Source of the DNA: a virus
Lineage: Duplodnaviria; Caudoviricetes
Length of the DNA stretch: 63,688 bases
Virus record (IMG/VR): IMGVR_UViG_3300027365_000013
Coordinates: 1 to 63,688 of that record
Direction: 5' to 3' (one strand)
The stretch's first letter is position 1; every line of letters begins with the position of its first letter. The notes under the pieces were generated by a model. That model was not told the origin of the DNA. It ran no database searches and saw only the letters and a list, made by a program, of their open reading frames with translations. The position numbers and the translations under genes were made by a program. Positions 10,517-21,520 of the stretch are shown here, in pieces.

Positions 10517-11500
10517 TCACTTATACTGTGTCATGAACCACATACGAGATTTGTTTGTAATGAGCTTGGACACATCTTTCCATTCCAGATTAGATGCTTC
10601 AAGTTCATCTGCCGATTCCTTCTTGATATCCTGACCCATCCATTTCAGGAACTCACCCATCTTTTTCATGTCCATCTCATCTTCACCGCCAAGCTCAGAC
10701 ACTGCTTGTTGGAGTCGTGCAGGTGTTACAAATCGATCAACAAAGTCAAGAGCATCTTTACTGGCTTCAGCTTTAACCACCACAGACTTCGAAGACTTAT
10801 TCACCGTATGTACATCTGTTTTGATCTTGAAGCTCCAATTATAGAAAAGCTCATAATCGTTTGTTTGTGGTGTTACAACAAAACCTTCGCCCGGTCCTTC
10901 TACACCAAATACATCTTTAACCCATGTATCAACTTTTTCGTAGACATCGATTAGTTCATTGAGTTTATCAGCAACAGCTTTCATGGTATCTTCGTCACCG
11001 TTGAAATCGATTTTGATGGTATCGATAGTATCAATGACAATAACATCTGGATGATCACTGAGACCTGCCGCCTCAACTACATTTCGTACATCATTGGTGT
11101 TTGTCATTAGGTCAATGACATTTTCACCGTCTTTATCCATTACCATGGCGGCGAAAGGTGCGAAAATTTTACGACCAATTTGAGTGATAGCATCTTTACT
11201 TTGGATGCCTAGTCCAGCCCATTCGCCATAGATAACAATGATATTTCCAGAGTCGTTGTAAATGTCCGTATCGAGACTATCAACAAACTTAGCGAAACCC
11301 ATGTTGTCATTTTCAACATCAATTACGCGCTTGCGTGACTGTGCGTAAACACCTTCTTCTGGATCATAAACGATAGCCGCGTTAGTGCCATGAAGTTTAG
11401 GTTTGATATTGAATTCTTTTGGGCCAACATGGTACTTCTTTCCGGCCTTTACTTTGTGGTGAAAGCTTTCGATTGACGGAAATTTGTAAAACTTTTTCAT
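10517..11500 (-). CDS. RNA ligase 2 (Rnl2 family)
   Basis: KLHGTNA (motif I), YGEWAG, EGFVV, KIK, and C-domain VTPARLQQAVSE. Confidence 0.8.
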   Translation of the reverse strand: MKKFYKFPSIESFHHKVKAGKKYHVGPKEFNIKPKLHGTNAAIVYDPEEGVYAQSRKRVIDVENDNMGFAKFVDSLDTDIYNDSGNIIVIYGEWAGLGIQSKDAITQIGRKIFAPFAAMVMDKDGENVIDLMTNTNDVRNVVEAAGLSDHPDVIVIDTIDTIKIDFNGDEDTMKAVADKLNELIDVYEKVDTWVKDVFGVEGPGEGFVVTPQTNDYELFYNWSFKIKTDVHTVNKSSKSVVVKAEASKDALDFVDRFVTPARLQQAVSELGGEDEMDMKKMGEFLKWMGQDIKKESADELEASNLEWKDVSKLITNKSRMWFMTQYK

Positions 11501-11520
11501 ATTATAGCCTCTTTTATCCA

Positions 11521-11724
11521 TTAACGTTTGATACTTATATTACCATTCCCTAACGCATAAATCAACACCAAAAACCAAAATACACTTAAAAGAATACACA
11601 AAATGCGATTCATTAAGCCATTATCTAAATACGCTTTGAGGAATATATAAAACATTATAGCACCAAGGCAATAAAATAACAACGAAAGTATAGCAAGGAT
11701 TACAACTAAAACACTCACTTCCAT
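11521..11724 (-). CDS. Small membrane protein
   Basis: Two hydrophobic segments. Confidence 0.6.
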   Translation of the reverse strand: MEVSVLVVILAILSLLFYCLGAIMFYIFLKAYLDNGLMNRILCILLSVFWFLVLIYALGNGNISIKR

Positions 11725-11730
11725 AGATTA

Positions 11731-12396
11731 TCACAAAGTACTATCCGAATGCCAAACTGGTGTGTTACATCGGGGGCAATGTACATATCCGTAAAACCAA
11801 TGATCTGTTCCATCAGGAGTGGCATCAGTACCACAGTTGATTAATTCAAAACGCTCGTCATCGTCATGTTCACATAAGTCACTATTAAAACCACAACACG
11901 TGAAGTCTTTTCGATATACATGATCAATGAATTTAGCAAAATGAATAAATGGACGCTGTAGCAACTTATACTTAATAGGATTTCGCCAAGTTTTCGCAAT
12001 GCTATAGTTCCAGTTACAAACTAGATGCGAGTTATTCTGAAAATAATTCCTGATACCTGTGATAGGATAGCTCAATAAAACATATAGAGGGTTTGAACAA
12101 CGATATGCTTTATCCATGAAAATGAAGCTATAGTATTCAAACTCAGGATGTTCGACCCGTTTTGGCATAAAAGATTTATAAAAAGGCGTAAAATACGGTC
12201 TACTGTTCGAAGTCTTTCTTACAAACATTTGGAATGGTCGCCAAATGAACTTTCCGTACAACCTCCAAAGTCGCGTAGACAGGGTATCTTCATACTTTCG
12301 CTTCGAGGGTGCGGAAGGTCTACTCATAAATATATCATTCTTTTTGTTACGGAATGCAAAGAATGTGAATTTCTTTTCGGTTGTTTCGTTATACAT
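11731..12396 (-). CDS. Hypothetical protein with C-terminal Zn-ribbon-like motif
   Basis: TCCG...HCPRC. Confidence 0.6.
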   Translation of the reverse strand: MYNETTEKKFTFFAFRNKKNDIFMSRPSAPSKRKYEDTLSTRLWRLYGKFIWRPFQMFVRKTSNSRPYFTPFYKSFMPKRVEHPEFEYYSFIFMDKAYRCSNPLYVLLSYPITGIRNYFQNNSHLVCNWNYSIAKTWRNPIKYKLLQRPFIHFAKFIDHVYRKDFTCCGFNSDLCEHDDDERFELINCGTDATPDGTDHWFYGYVHCPRCNTPVWHSDSTL

Positions 12397-12425
12397 TATA
12401 CACCTTTTAGATAATTTTCAGTTAT

Positions 12426-13502
12426 TTACACACGGTTTTTTCCAAGCCGTTCAAGGATTGAAAAGAACTCATCATTAAGTAAGTCATAAGAATACAAATA
12501 CACGTCATGTGGTAGTATATCTTTGATCTTCAAGTAATTCAATACCTTTTCCATATCCGTAGTTTTTATTTCAATCTCATAGGGATTTTTATCATAATTA
12601 TCCATTACGTCATCTATTGTGAAATTTCCACCATGAACTAATGGTCTCACAACTACCTTCGATACATGGAAACTTTCTTTTTCTAAGGACTTGTAACTTT
12701 GAAATGGCTCGTCAGTTCTAAAAGAAATTTTGAACAATTTTGTATTAGCGTAATCCATCACGTCTTGATAAGGTATACTGACTAAAAAGAATACCTTATA
12801 TGCATGAGCATGTGTTTTTATATATTGGTAATTTTTGATATAGGTGTTGAATACATGTTTTGAAAATTGAATATAACACGAAAGATCCGACAGAGTATCC
12901 ACGTCTATATAGAGCTTTGACAACTCCATATAAGTTTTAGTAGTTGGAATAAGAACACCCATACCTAGATAGGTCTCTAATGTGTTATAGAGCCCTCGTA
13001 AGGTAAATTTTATATATTCGTCATATACAATCTCTGTAGGTAACGCTTTTTCTAAGCGGGTAAGCTGATCATGAATGTTGAGCTTTTCGATAATATCATC
13101 TATGTTTTTAGGCAATGAAACATGTTGGAGTAATAGAGTATTTCTGGCATGATCATACCATTCGTAAGGATCAGAAACATTCTTTTCTTTTTCAATCTCA
13201 AATTCATAATCTACAGTGTCACTAGAGCAGTTCCTAGCCACTACCGTTTCAGATGTCAATTTACCCAATAATCTATTGACGTTTGGATAATCGTTCTCAT
13301 TGGATTTGTAAATTGTCAAAAACCAGAACAATCTCGCAAGAATGTTGCGATGTTCCGGCTCGTCATCTACGTTGATGCCCGTAACATTTTCGTAGTCTTT
13401 TTTCAACTTCTCTTCGTCGCATATCTCTATATTGAGAGGCGTAACTATGACATTCCTACCATAATTATTAAATATTTCTAACTGTCCAATTTCCAAATCC
13501 AT
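12426..13502 (-). CDS. Hypothetical protein (NxLK[IL]K-motif group)
   Basis: 358-aa ORF; LNYLKIK near the C-terminus. Confidence 0.7.
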   Translation of the reverse strand: MDLEIGQLEIFNNYGRNVIVTPLNIEICDEEKLKKDYENVTGINVDDEPEHRNILARLFWFLTIYKSNENDYPNVNRLLGKLTSETVVARNCSSDTVDYEFEIEKEKNVSDPYEWYDHARNTLLLQHVSLPKNIDDIIEKLNIHDQLTRLEKALPTEIVYDEYIKFTLRGLYNTLETYLGMGVLIPTTKTYMELSKLYIDVDTLSDLSCYIQFSKHVFNTYIKNYQYIKTHAHAYKVFFLVSIPYQDVMDYANTKLFKISFRTDEPFQSYKSLEKESFHVSKVVVRPLVHGGNFTIDDVMDNYDKNPYEIEIKTTDMEKVLNYLKIKDILPHDVYLYSYDLLNDEFFSILERLGKNRV

Positions 13503-13503
13503 A

Positions 13504-13710
13504 CTACGACCTATATTTCTTTATCATTGACTTAATACCGTTAAATACAAACACATCTATATGATGTGATAGAAGTACTATCATAGCGAAAAAAGGTGCA
13601 TACACCGTGTCGAACGCACCAAGAAAGTAAAAGACAAAAAACCAAACAGTAATTTGCAGATATGCGGAAATAAAATACAAAATATCTTTTTGAAACTCAG
13701 ACAAAATCAC
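13504..13710 (-). CDS. Small membrane protein
   Basis: Hydrophobic helices. Confidence 0.55.
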   Translation of the reverse strand: MILSEFQKDILYFISAYLQITVWFFVFYFLGAFDTVYAPFFAMIVLLSHHIDVFVFNGIKSMIKKYRS

Positions 13711-13733
13711 TTCTCCTATCGTTTTCTACTACC

Positions 13734-14126
13734 TTACAACCTTTTTTCTAACTTTTCAATAGCTTCACTAATATATTGTTGCCGTATGCGAATTTTTTCC
13801 AGTAAGTCTTTTGCAGTTTCTTCTCTACTTGTCAGGTTCAATAGATCATATTCGTCATCAGGAGGAAGGATCTTTTTCAACATATGAATTATTTCAGTTT
13901 GTTTTTGATATGTGTTCTGTTGTTCTTTGGCAGTTTTTACTGCTAGATTATCAACTTCCATCCTGCATTCTAAAGATATTCTAGATGCACGTCTAACTTC
14001 ATTGTACATCACTTCGTAGATTTTTCGATCTCGCTCTTCTTTCTGCTTATTAGATCTAGAGATATACAGACCTAAAAGAAGAACACAACATAAGGTTATG
14101 AAAGATAGAATCACTTCCGGCTGCAC
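13734..14126 (-). CDS. N-terminally anchored coiled-coil protein
   Basis: TM helix followed by a charged helical region. Confidence 0.6.
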   Translation of the reverse strand: MQPEVILSFITLCCVLLLGLYISRSNKQKEERDRKIYEVMYNEVRRASRISLECRMEVDNLAVKTAKEQQNTYQKQTEIIHMLKKILPPDDEYDLLNLTSREETAKDLLEKIRIRQQYISEAIEKLEKRL

Positions 14127-14129
14127 AGT

Positions 14130-14819
14130 TTATTCCTTGAATAAGTTTCCGATAACATATTGTAAAATATCCATAATGTTATCGGTACATATATCTTCTT
14201 TGGGTACTGATACGATCAAAAGATGTTCCATACATTCTATAGATCTCAGTTTCAAAAAGTTTAAACATGTATGAATGTCATACATATTTATATCTTTTTC
14301 AATAATACTTATAAGATTCTCATGACCAATATTGATATAAACATCATCCAATGGTTTACAGAGTCTGACTGTTTTTTCAACACCGGATGGCGTTGGCATG
14401 ATAGAAAGATTTACATCGTATTCATCACATGGTCTAAAATCAACACTAAAATGATTTGTAAAAGGTTTATTGAACTTCTTTTCGTATACAGATTCTATTG
14501 CGTCACTAATGGCATTATCTATGTTCAATCGAGAAATAATAGTTTCCACAGATCTGGTGGCATTATTGTCTTTATCAAACTCACTTATGATATAAGGTAA
14601 TACTTTTTTTTCTCCATTGTTCAAAATATTAATGATCTGATCAACAGAACATAAATTCATGTCATTTTTGGAGTTGATATACAAAACGTCAGTGTCTTTT
14701 ATCTTATTAGATATGTGATCATCAATATAACAATGAACCTTAATTTCCACATTACTGTGATCTATAAGAATTCTGTAAAGATTATTCGGAATGTTCTTTT
14801 GATTTCTAATCATATTCAC
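14130..14819 (-). CDS. Hypothetical protein
   Basis: 229-aa ORF; LNFLKLR. Confidence 0.65.
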   Translation of the reverse strand: MNMIRNQKNIPNNLYRILIDHSNVEIKVHCYIDDHISNKIKDTDVLYINSKNDMNLCSVDQIINILNNGEKKVLPYIISEFDKDNNATRSVETIISRLNIDNAISDAIESVYEKKFNKPFTNHFSVDFRPCDEYDVNLSIMPTPSGVEKTVRLCKPLDDVYINIGHENLISIIEKDINMYDIHTCLNFLKLRSIECMEHLLIVSVPKEDICTDNIMDILQYVIGNLFKE

Positions 14820-15378
14820 CTACATCGTATTCGAACGGTGAGGATTCCAACTCATCCTCAATTTCATTGACATTGATCACAATAGAATCAATGTGATGTT
14901 TATTACCTTTCAGTTTTAAAAGATTTATATAGTTATTCGATAGCCTAGAGAATTCTATACATGAATAGTTACTATTCTCAATATTACGTATAACTATACA
15001 ACTACTGTCGTCAGTATATTCTATGTCTTTATAATTAAAGGGATTATGAAGAATATCCCTGTCATTAAATATCGTTGCGATATAATATACAAGATCGATG
15101 TATACATATTTTTCTTTATCACATCGGTATTTCATCATAACATCTTTAACACTCATGCCGAATTCATTTTCCATATAGTAATAGTACCTATTATGAATAG
15201 CGGCATTGGCATCATATGAAGCCAAAAAGTAGTATATGTTAAGATCTCGAAGTATATGCTTTAAGGTACCACACGCTCCATCACTAGGTATGGTGAATTC
15301 GATATTCCAATCATAAAGACGTGCGTATTTAATAAGATCATTTAAGCGCATGTTGAAGTAGTGAGTGTTACCACTCAC
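14806..15378 (-). CDS. Hypothetical protein
   Basis: 190-aa ORF; INLLKLKG. Confidence 0.65.
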   Translation of the reverse strand: MSGNTHYFNMRLNDLIKYARLYDWNIEFTIPSDGACGTLKHILRDLNIYYFLASYDANAAIHNRYYYYMENEFGMSVKDVMMKYRCDKEKYVYIDLVYYIATIFNDRDILHNPFNYKDIEYTDDSSCIVIRNIENSNYSCIEFSRLSNNYINLLKLKGNKHHIDSIVINVNEIEDELESSPFEYDVGEYD

Positions 15379-16552
15379 TAACCTCCATTCGAGAGATGTT
15401 TTTCTTAATCAGCATCTTTTCCTCAATGCGCCGAGCAGAAAGCTCATGATCATTGTTCTTCAGCATTGACGCATACGAATTTGACAAGAAATGCTTAAAC
15501 GGATGAGACTTAAGTTTCTTGAAATACATAGCGTTATCCAAATGCTTGTTCTCTAGATAAAACGCATGGCCATCTTCCATGATTTCAGTATACAGAGTGT
15601 TAGACTTTTCCAGAAGTTCATTAAAGCGATCCTCAAGAATAGGGTTACCCTGAATTACTAGAAAAACATCATCAGTCTCCCCATTGAGATACGCTTCCCA
15701 GAAATGCCGTGCTGTACTCAAAAAATTAGTTTTAGTGTTATGGTGTGTCACGTACCATTCAGTCTTCAGCTTAACGCGCAGACCACATTCCATGACAAGT
15801 ACATAGCCTTCCACATTCTCTTTACTTTGCGCATCAGACCAATCCCATTCTGTAATTTTAGGAACCACATAGTCCTCACCAAAATGAGAAATCATCTCGT
15901 CATAAGATAGGTATTCACCAGTATCATTATGACGTACACTAGTGACAATCAAACGATCAGTGTTATAGCACAATACGATCTGATACTTCGGGTTACTGGA
16001 AAGTAACTCGTAATTAACAGTATAGTTCTGGTCAGTAAGTTCTTTAGACCGCTCATAAAGATGTTTATCATTCTCAATCATTTCCATACCCATCACTTTA
16101 TAGCTTGAAGTCAGTGACGAATTGGATTTCATATCAAGCTCACCATCCCAATCGAATGATGAAATGATTGATCCGTCGAGCTTATCAAGAGCATAAGCTA
16201 CTTTCAATGAGCGAATATCGTCAGAACAGTTGACATCCACACCATATTGATTTTTAACTGTACGATACAGACCTTCATTACCTTCGTAGTCATATTCATG
16301 GACGTTCAAAAACTTTTCAAAAGGACGACATACGCAACGCACAAAGTCCATGTTTTCATCCACTTCAAAGACTGACCCACGGCACTCCATAGCAGCCTGA
16401 GAGTTGAAATCGCCCGGAATAGTCAGGCTATAGTCAAACACTACCACGTTCTTCCCACGATATACACTGCGATTCATGAAGAACTTCTCTGATTTTTCAC
16501 TGAGTGCTTTCATTTCGTAGAAAAGATCTTTGATGCTCATATTTCTCTCCAT
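15368..16552 (-). CDS. rnlA: RNA ligase 1 (T4 Rnl1-like)
   Basis: ECRG, FEKFLN, KLDGS (motif I), NYEL, EGYV, KLKTEWY. Confidence 0.85.
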   Translation of the reverse strand: MERNMSIKDLFYEMKALSEKSEKFFMNRSVYRGKNVVVFDYSLTIPGDFNSQAAMECRGSVFEVDENMDFVRCVCRPFEKFLNVHEYDYEGNEGLYRTVKNQYGVDVNCSDDIRSLKVAYALDKLDGSIISSFDWDGELDMKSNSSLTSSYKVMGMEMIENDKHLYERSKELTDQNYTVNYELLSSNPKYQIVLCYNTDRLIVTSVRHNDTGEYLSYDEMISHFGEDYVVPKITEWDWSDAQSKENVEGYVLVMECGLRVKLKTEWYVTHHNTKTNFLSTARHFWEAYLNGETDDVFLVIQGNPILEDRFNELLEKSNTLYTEIMEDGHAFYLENKHLDNAMYFKKLKSHPFKHFLSNSYASMLKNNDHELSARRIEEKMLIKKNISRMEVSEW

Positions 16553-16588
16553 AGTTTTAAATCATTATAAACTATGTCTACTTCAGGG

Positions 16589-18190
16589 TCAAGTAGTTGC
16601 CATAAATTGAAGGTGTTTCATGACATAATCCGCATCTGAAATTTTATATTTCAGATTATCAACAACAATACCCAATAACTTTAGTTTTCGCAATCTACGT
16701 AAATCATTGCATGATAAAGACACGGTAAATCTATCGGCACTAAGGCTTCTGTTGATGATCACATCTAAAATATAATCATCAATCAACCCATTGGCATAGT
16801 ACTGGATAACTTTTGTGTATCTCAGTCTAAATTGACCACGTTTACCAGTCCTACATTCCTGTAAGAATTTCATATACATATTGTCGTCGTTTGGAACTTT
16901 CTCTCGTTTGAGTTTTTCGCTCATCTTAGTACAATATGATTCTATTGATACCATTTTAGGGTTTACTTTACTGAAACCTTGCACATTAGATATGGTGGCG
17001 CTAGGGTCGATTTCAGAAATAAACTTTATTACCTTTTTAGTTGATTCTATATTCTTGGTGTTATAGTAAGCACATAGTTTGAAATTGAAACTGTCAGATT
17101 CTTTACCACTGACGATAGTATTAGCACAACTAGTATTAATACGTAATTGTTTCCCCCACGATCTTACTTCCGCAGTTTTATTAGAAAAACCAATAGGGTC
17201 TAGAATAACTCTACCCTTCAATATAGAGGTGCTTATAGGTATGTGTTTCACAAAGCCGTCATATAAATCTCTAACATCAGAATAAGTAGACTGAAAAGTG
17301 AGTGAGTCGTGGTTATCACACTTGTTCACTACAACACCTAAAAACTGTACGCATGGTATCTCAAATCCATCATTATGATCAAAACTGCAATTTGCAAAAG
17401 TAGATTCATTATCTTCACATACACCACTCATTCTATAAATCATATATTCAGAGAAAAATCTATTGTTTATCTTAGATTCATCATTTAAAACATTCTCTAG
17501 CGTCTTCTCATTCACTTTTCTAATTGAGTCTGTTAAATAGTATGTATCGTGAAAGATGTCAACATATGTACTATAATTGAAATCAAGCAAGACAGTACAA
17601 CAATTCTTCTGATCTGTTATGATTTTTCGAAACGAATCAATAGCGTCAGTAGCAGTACTCTTGATATCTTCGTGGTATTCAGATACCACGGAACATATAA
17701 AATCCACCAACACACTGTCATAAACTTTATACCCAAACTCATGTAAGAATTTATCTAAAGGCATAAGTTCGTATCTATATTTAACAGTGAATACACTGCC
17801 AATATCAGATAATTCAGACTCAATTCGAGCCTTGTATTCATCTGATGGATGGAAACGCTTCACAAGATATATAACCATTGTATATAACACCAACTCAGTC
17901 GCGCTATTGAATCCAAAAAAGGTATTCTCAGAGAATACACTAGAAATCTTTGGATGATGTGAATAATGCCAAAACATGTTTTCCTCAGTCATTCCGGTAA
18001 TTATTGACAAGGTTTTCACAAATGAATTTTTACTTAGCTCTGAATATAGACCGTGATCAATGCCATATTTTGGTGACAAAAACATTCCTACGTCTATATC
18101 ACTACCATAACGCTCTTGGAATTCTTTCAGAATTTTGGGCATTTTTTGACAATGTTCATAATCGACAACCATAACAACCTCGTATTTCAC
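16589..18190 (-). CDS. Hypothetical protein, paralog of 18482..20041
   Basis: Shared blocks F.[LV].AYY..KNI, YTK.[IV]Q, D[LI]R.L.KLKL.G. Confidence 0.7.
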   Translation of the reverse strand: MKYEVVMVVDYEHCQKMPKILKEFQERYGSDIDVGMFLSPKYGIDHGLYSELSKNSFVKTLSIITGMTEENMFWHYSHHPKISSVFSENTFFGFNSATELVLYTMVIYLVKRFHPSDEYKARIESELSDIGSVFTVKYRYELMPLDKFLHEFGYKVYDSVLVDFICSVVSEYHEDIKSTATDAIDSFRKIITDQKNCCTVLLDFNYSTYVDIFHDTYYLTDSIRKVNEKTLENVLNDESKINNRFFSEYMIYRMSGVCEDNESTFANCSFDHNDGFEIPCVQFLGVVVNKCDNHDSLTFQSTYSDVRDLYDGFVKHIPISTSILKGRVILDPIGFSNKTAEVRSWGKQLRINTSCANTIVSGKESDSFNFKLCAYYNTKNIESTKKVIKFISEIDPSATISNVQGFSKVNPKMVSIESYCTKMSEKLKREKVPNDDNMYMKFLQECRTGKRGQFRLRYTKVIQYYANGLIDDYILDVIINRSLSADRFTVSLSCNDLRRLRKLKLLGIVVDNLKYKISDADYVMKHLQFMATT

Positions 18191-18199
18191 AATTTAATA

Positions 18200-18232
18200 A
18201 AATTTATACAGCCCAGTGGGCTGTATAAATTT
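18200..18232. terminator. Long inverted repeat / terminator
   Basis: aaatttatacagccca-g-tgggctgtataaattt. Confidence 0.6.
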
Positions 18233-18425
18233 ACTCCATAATGTTTAGAATCTGTTCCAGAAATCCGGCAACTTCTTCTTTAGACTGGAACTTCAGCTTT
18301 TCTCCAAGTGACAACTCTAGAGAGCTATCGTTTCCATCTTTAGAAACTTTAGCAACACCAATGATGTTATTTTCAGAGTCGGTCAGAGAATATTCACTTA
18401 CCGTTGACAGTTCGTTAATCTGCAT
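18231..18425 (-). CDS. Small late protein
   Basis: TATAAATA at 18458-18465; leader MQINEL. Confidence 0.65.
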   Translation of the reverse strand: MQINELSTVSEYSLTDSENNIIGVAKVSKDGNDSSLELSLGEKLKFQSKEEVAGFLEQILNIME

Positions 18426-18481
18426 GATCTTTTCCTCATATCAATCAAAACCCTATATATTTATACTTATTAACTTATAAG

Positions 18482-20041
18482 TTAATATTCTTCGAAGTAC
18501 TTCAAAACATCTTCAGAGTCCCTAATATCATATTCTAAAGAATCTATATTCATGCCCATAAGCTTGAGCTTATGTAGATCCCTTATATCATCACAATGCA
18601 CTGAGAAGGTTACGCTGGAAGCATTTAAATAATTCTTTATTATCTCTTCTAATACATCATCATCAATAATAAGACCCTCACTAATAAATTGTACGGTTTT
18701 TGTATACGGGTACTTAAAGATACTAGACGTAAATTTTGATTTTTTAATTAAAGCATCATAAACGTTAGTCTGGTCTTCACGTTCCATCGTTCGAAACTCA
18801 TCTGATTTTTTATGCAATAGTTGTTGAAGAGTATTGTGTCTGGCATTACCCTTAACTACATTTTTCATAAATGGCATAAAGTCTGTATCACTTATTAATG
18901 CATGAGCCGATACCTCCGATAATATTTTCAGTGTTTTTAGAAAGCTTTTAATATTTTTAGGTGAATAGTACGCTTTCACTTTGAAACGTGTATTACTCTC
19001 GTTAATATTTGTTTTAGATGTTATTGTCACGCCTTTTTGTTTACCATACTTTCTAATTTTTGGCCCATAGTGTTTATGATTATCAATAGAACACGTCAAA
19101 TAGGCATATATTGTTTCTAGAGATTTGAACTTAATATTGCCAATACGATCATGAATATTTTTATCAACATCACTAGACGACAATTCAAGAAGGTTAGATT
19201 TCTTGGAAATTTTAGGAAATAACATAGATTTTATACGAAACGACGAACACTCGAATAGAGTTAGCAAGCTATTAAATATTCCAATTTTACTTTTGTTATC
19301 ATCACTATCACCATCATATGGTTTGGTATAGTCTCTCACTAACTCGTTTTTATCCACATCTTTCAGCAAATACGATTTACTTGAAATATATTCAGAATCA
19401 TACAATGCATTTGTCGTATTAAAAGCAGGACGTGGCTTATCTAATCGTCCTTGTACAAGAACCTTTCCGTTGTCTACAAGAGCTTCAATAGATTGCCTAT
19501 ATTTAGGAATTGTGTCCAAAGCAGTGAACCTTATATCAGATTCATACTTTTCTACAAATTCTGAAACGATTTTATAGAAAGACTTAGGTATGTAAATATG
19601 GCCGTTTTTTATAACATCATATAGCGGTTCCATTCCATGATCTGGGCTATAATACATAAACGTGGAATTTATTAATTCCATTTCACGGCGCATTTTGTCA
19701 CGTAGTTTCTCATCGCTGTGACACTTTTCTATAAAATATAAGACTATAAAGTATGACATTAAGTATGAGATATTTCTAAATCCAAATGCATCTGTTCCAT
19801 ACATAATCGACATACTCTTATATACCGTAGTATAATAACTACGTTCGAGATTGTCACTATGATATGATGGCGAATCTGTAAACGCAAGAACAATTTGACC
19901 AACGTCACTGGTCATAATGGACCTGTGTCTAATATTATCGCCTTTAATAATAAAATCAAGATTATCCTTTGAGTACGTATCACTCTCTTTAAGATATCTT
20001 GGCATGCTCTTCATGAATTTTATTTTACACTTCATTAACAA
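18482..20041 (-). CDS. Hypothetical protein, paralog of 16589..18190
   Basis: Shared C-terminal blocks with the neighbouring ORF. Confidence 0.7.
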   Translation of the reverse strand: MLMKCKIKFMKSMPRYLKESDTYSKDNLDFIIKGDNIRHRSIMTSDVGQIVLAFTDSPSYHSDNLERSYYTTVYKSMSIMYGTDAFGFRNISYLMSYFIVLYFIEKCHSDEKLRDKMRREMELINSTFMYYSPDHGMEPLYDVIKNGHIYIPKSFYKIVSEFVEKYESDIRFTALDTIPKYRQSIEALVDNGKVLVQGRLDKPRPAFNTTNALYDSEYISSKSYLLKDVDKNELVRDYTKPYDGDSDDNKSKIGIFNSLLTLFECSSFRIKSMLFPKISKKSNLLELSSSDVDKNIHDRIGNIKFKSLETIYAYLTCSIDNHKHYGPKIRKYGKQKGVTITSKTNINESNTRFKVKAYYSPKNIKSFLKTLKILSEVSAHALISDTDFMPFMKNVVKGNARHNTLQQLLHKKSDEFRTMEREDQTNVYDALIKKSKFTSSIFKYPYTKTVQFISEGLIIDDDVLEEIIKNYLNASSVTFSVHCDDIRDLHKLKLMGMNIDSLEYDIRDSEDVLKYFEEY

Positions 20042-20513
20042 TACCCATTATATTCTCAATAGCGTTCACAACTTCACCATAGTCATCAACATCTTTCACA
20101 GTTAGTACTATAATGTATGATGATGGCTTAAGCTTTATCTTGCAATGATTCCGAAAATCATTGATAGCACTTGGATGAATCTCATATCCACATGAATGAT
20201 CACCAACTACCGTACCCAGTTTCTTCTGAGAAATATACACACAGCGGCGAGGTTCACTATCATATCCATAGACCTTTTCAACACCCGCATTAATCGCTTT
20301 AAACAAATCGTAGATCTCAGTGAGACCAACGGTCTTATAACGAAAGTTAATGGGGTCTTTGTGGTCTGTGACCGGAATCATAATACAGGTGTCATATGAC
20401 ACCTGTATATTTGTGGCTTCAGGTGAACGTACAATCACATGAATATCGTCATTGTAGGTCATCAAAAGATCTGAAATCTTATTTGAAATCTCGATATAAG
20501 AGTTTTCAACCAT
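20025..20513 (-). CDS. Hypothetical protein
   Basis: 162-aa ORF. Confidence 0.6.
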   Translation of the reverse strand: MVENSYIEISNKISDLLMTYNDDIHVIVRSPEATNIQVSYDTCIMIPVTDHKDPINFRYKTVGLTEIYDLFKAINAGVEKVYGYDSEPRRCVYISQKKLGTVVGDHSCGYEIHPSAINDFRNHCKIKLKPSSYIIVLTVKDVDDYGEVVNAIENIMGIVNEV

Positions 20514-20517
20514 CGCC

Positions 20518-21471
20518 CTATCCTCTTTTTGAAAGTTTCGACAACTGTGCTAAACATGATGATAGCACAATTTCTCTGTTTACTACAAGCTTATCGTCAA
20601 CATACGCCTTACGAATGGTTAAAAGAGCCGCATCCTGACCATCTTCCGATGATGAAAACCAGTTCAGATTCTTATACAACATCTCATAAAAATCCTCATA
20701 GAGTGAATCAGATATATTACTAACGATTAGGTTACGAGCTTCTTTGATCATTCCTTGTTCAAAGTACACAATTGCCTCTTTCATCCAGTCTGGGCTGTCC
20801 TCAACGCTTTCCTTTGACTCGGCCATCAGAACACCTCTGATAGTGTTTTGTTCGAGGGCATTGATAGTGCGCCGCATATCTGGATAGTAGCGTTCTACGT
20901 AATCTAAGAGTGTGTCTGGATCAAACTTCACCTGTTCCTTAGTCAGAATGTTGTATACCCTAGTCACAAAGCTCTCTTTATCAAGGGTCTTGAAGTTGAT
21001 TGTATGTAGCCGTGATTTCAACGCTGGGATAATCTTATGAGGATAATTAGCCGTTAGGATAAATCGACAGCTATCATACATCTCACCGATTAGGTTCCTC
21101 AGTGCAGTCATGAAGGCTTGTGTAGTTTCATCAACCTCATCAAGAATAACCACACGACCCATTTCACCAAATGATGATCGTTCAACAAAGGTAATAATTT
21201 CATCACGTATAGTATCGATACCTTTTGACACTGATGCTGCAATGTATTTCACGTCTACATCTTCATAGCCACATTCATTGATTAGAATATATGCAAGTGT
21301 GGTTTTTCCAGTGCCGGGAGGTCCACAAAACAAACTGTGCGGGAGGGATTTTTCATCGATCCATTCTTTAATTACCGATTCAACATGATCATCTACAAAA
21401 ACAAAACCGTCCAAGGTCGTCGGACGGTATTTCTTATACCATAACTGTTTCATTACTAGTTTCCTCTTCAA
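20518..21471 (-). CDS. Clamp loader AAA+ subunit (T4 gp44 / RFC small-like)
   Basis: WYKKYRP, GPPGTGKTT, ILDEVD, FILTAN, ALKSR, DMRR.IN. Confidence 0.9.
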   Translation of the reverse strand: MKRKLVMKQLWYKKYRPTTLDGFVFVDDHVESVIKEWIDEKSLPHSLFCGPPGTGKTTLAYILINECGYEDVDVKYIAASVSKGIDTIRDEIITFVERSSFGEMGRVVILDEVDETTQAFMTALRNLIGEMYDSCRFILTANYPHKIIPALKSRLHTINFKTLDKESFVTRVYNILTKEQVKFDPDTLLDYVERYYPDMRRTINALEQNTIRGVLMAESKESVEDSPDWMKEAIVYFEQGMIKEARNLIVSNISDSLYEDFYEMLYKNLNWFSSSEDGQDAALLTIRKAYVDDKLVVNREIVLSSCLAQLSKLSKRG

Positions 21472-21520
21472 TTTCTTAATACAATATCATTATATGCTGT
21501 TTCGTCAAGGGAGAAATAAA

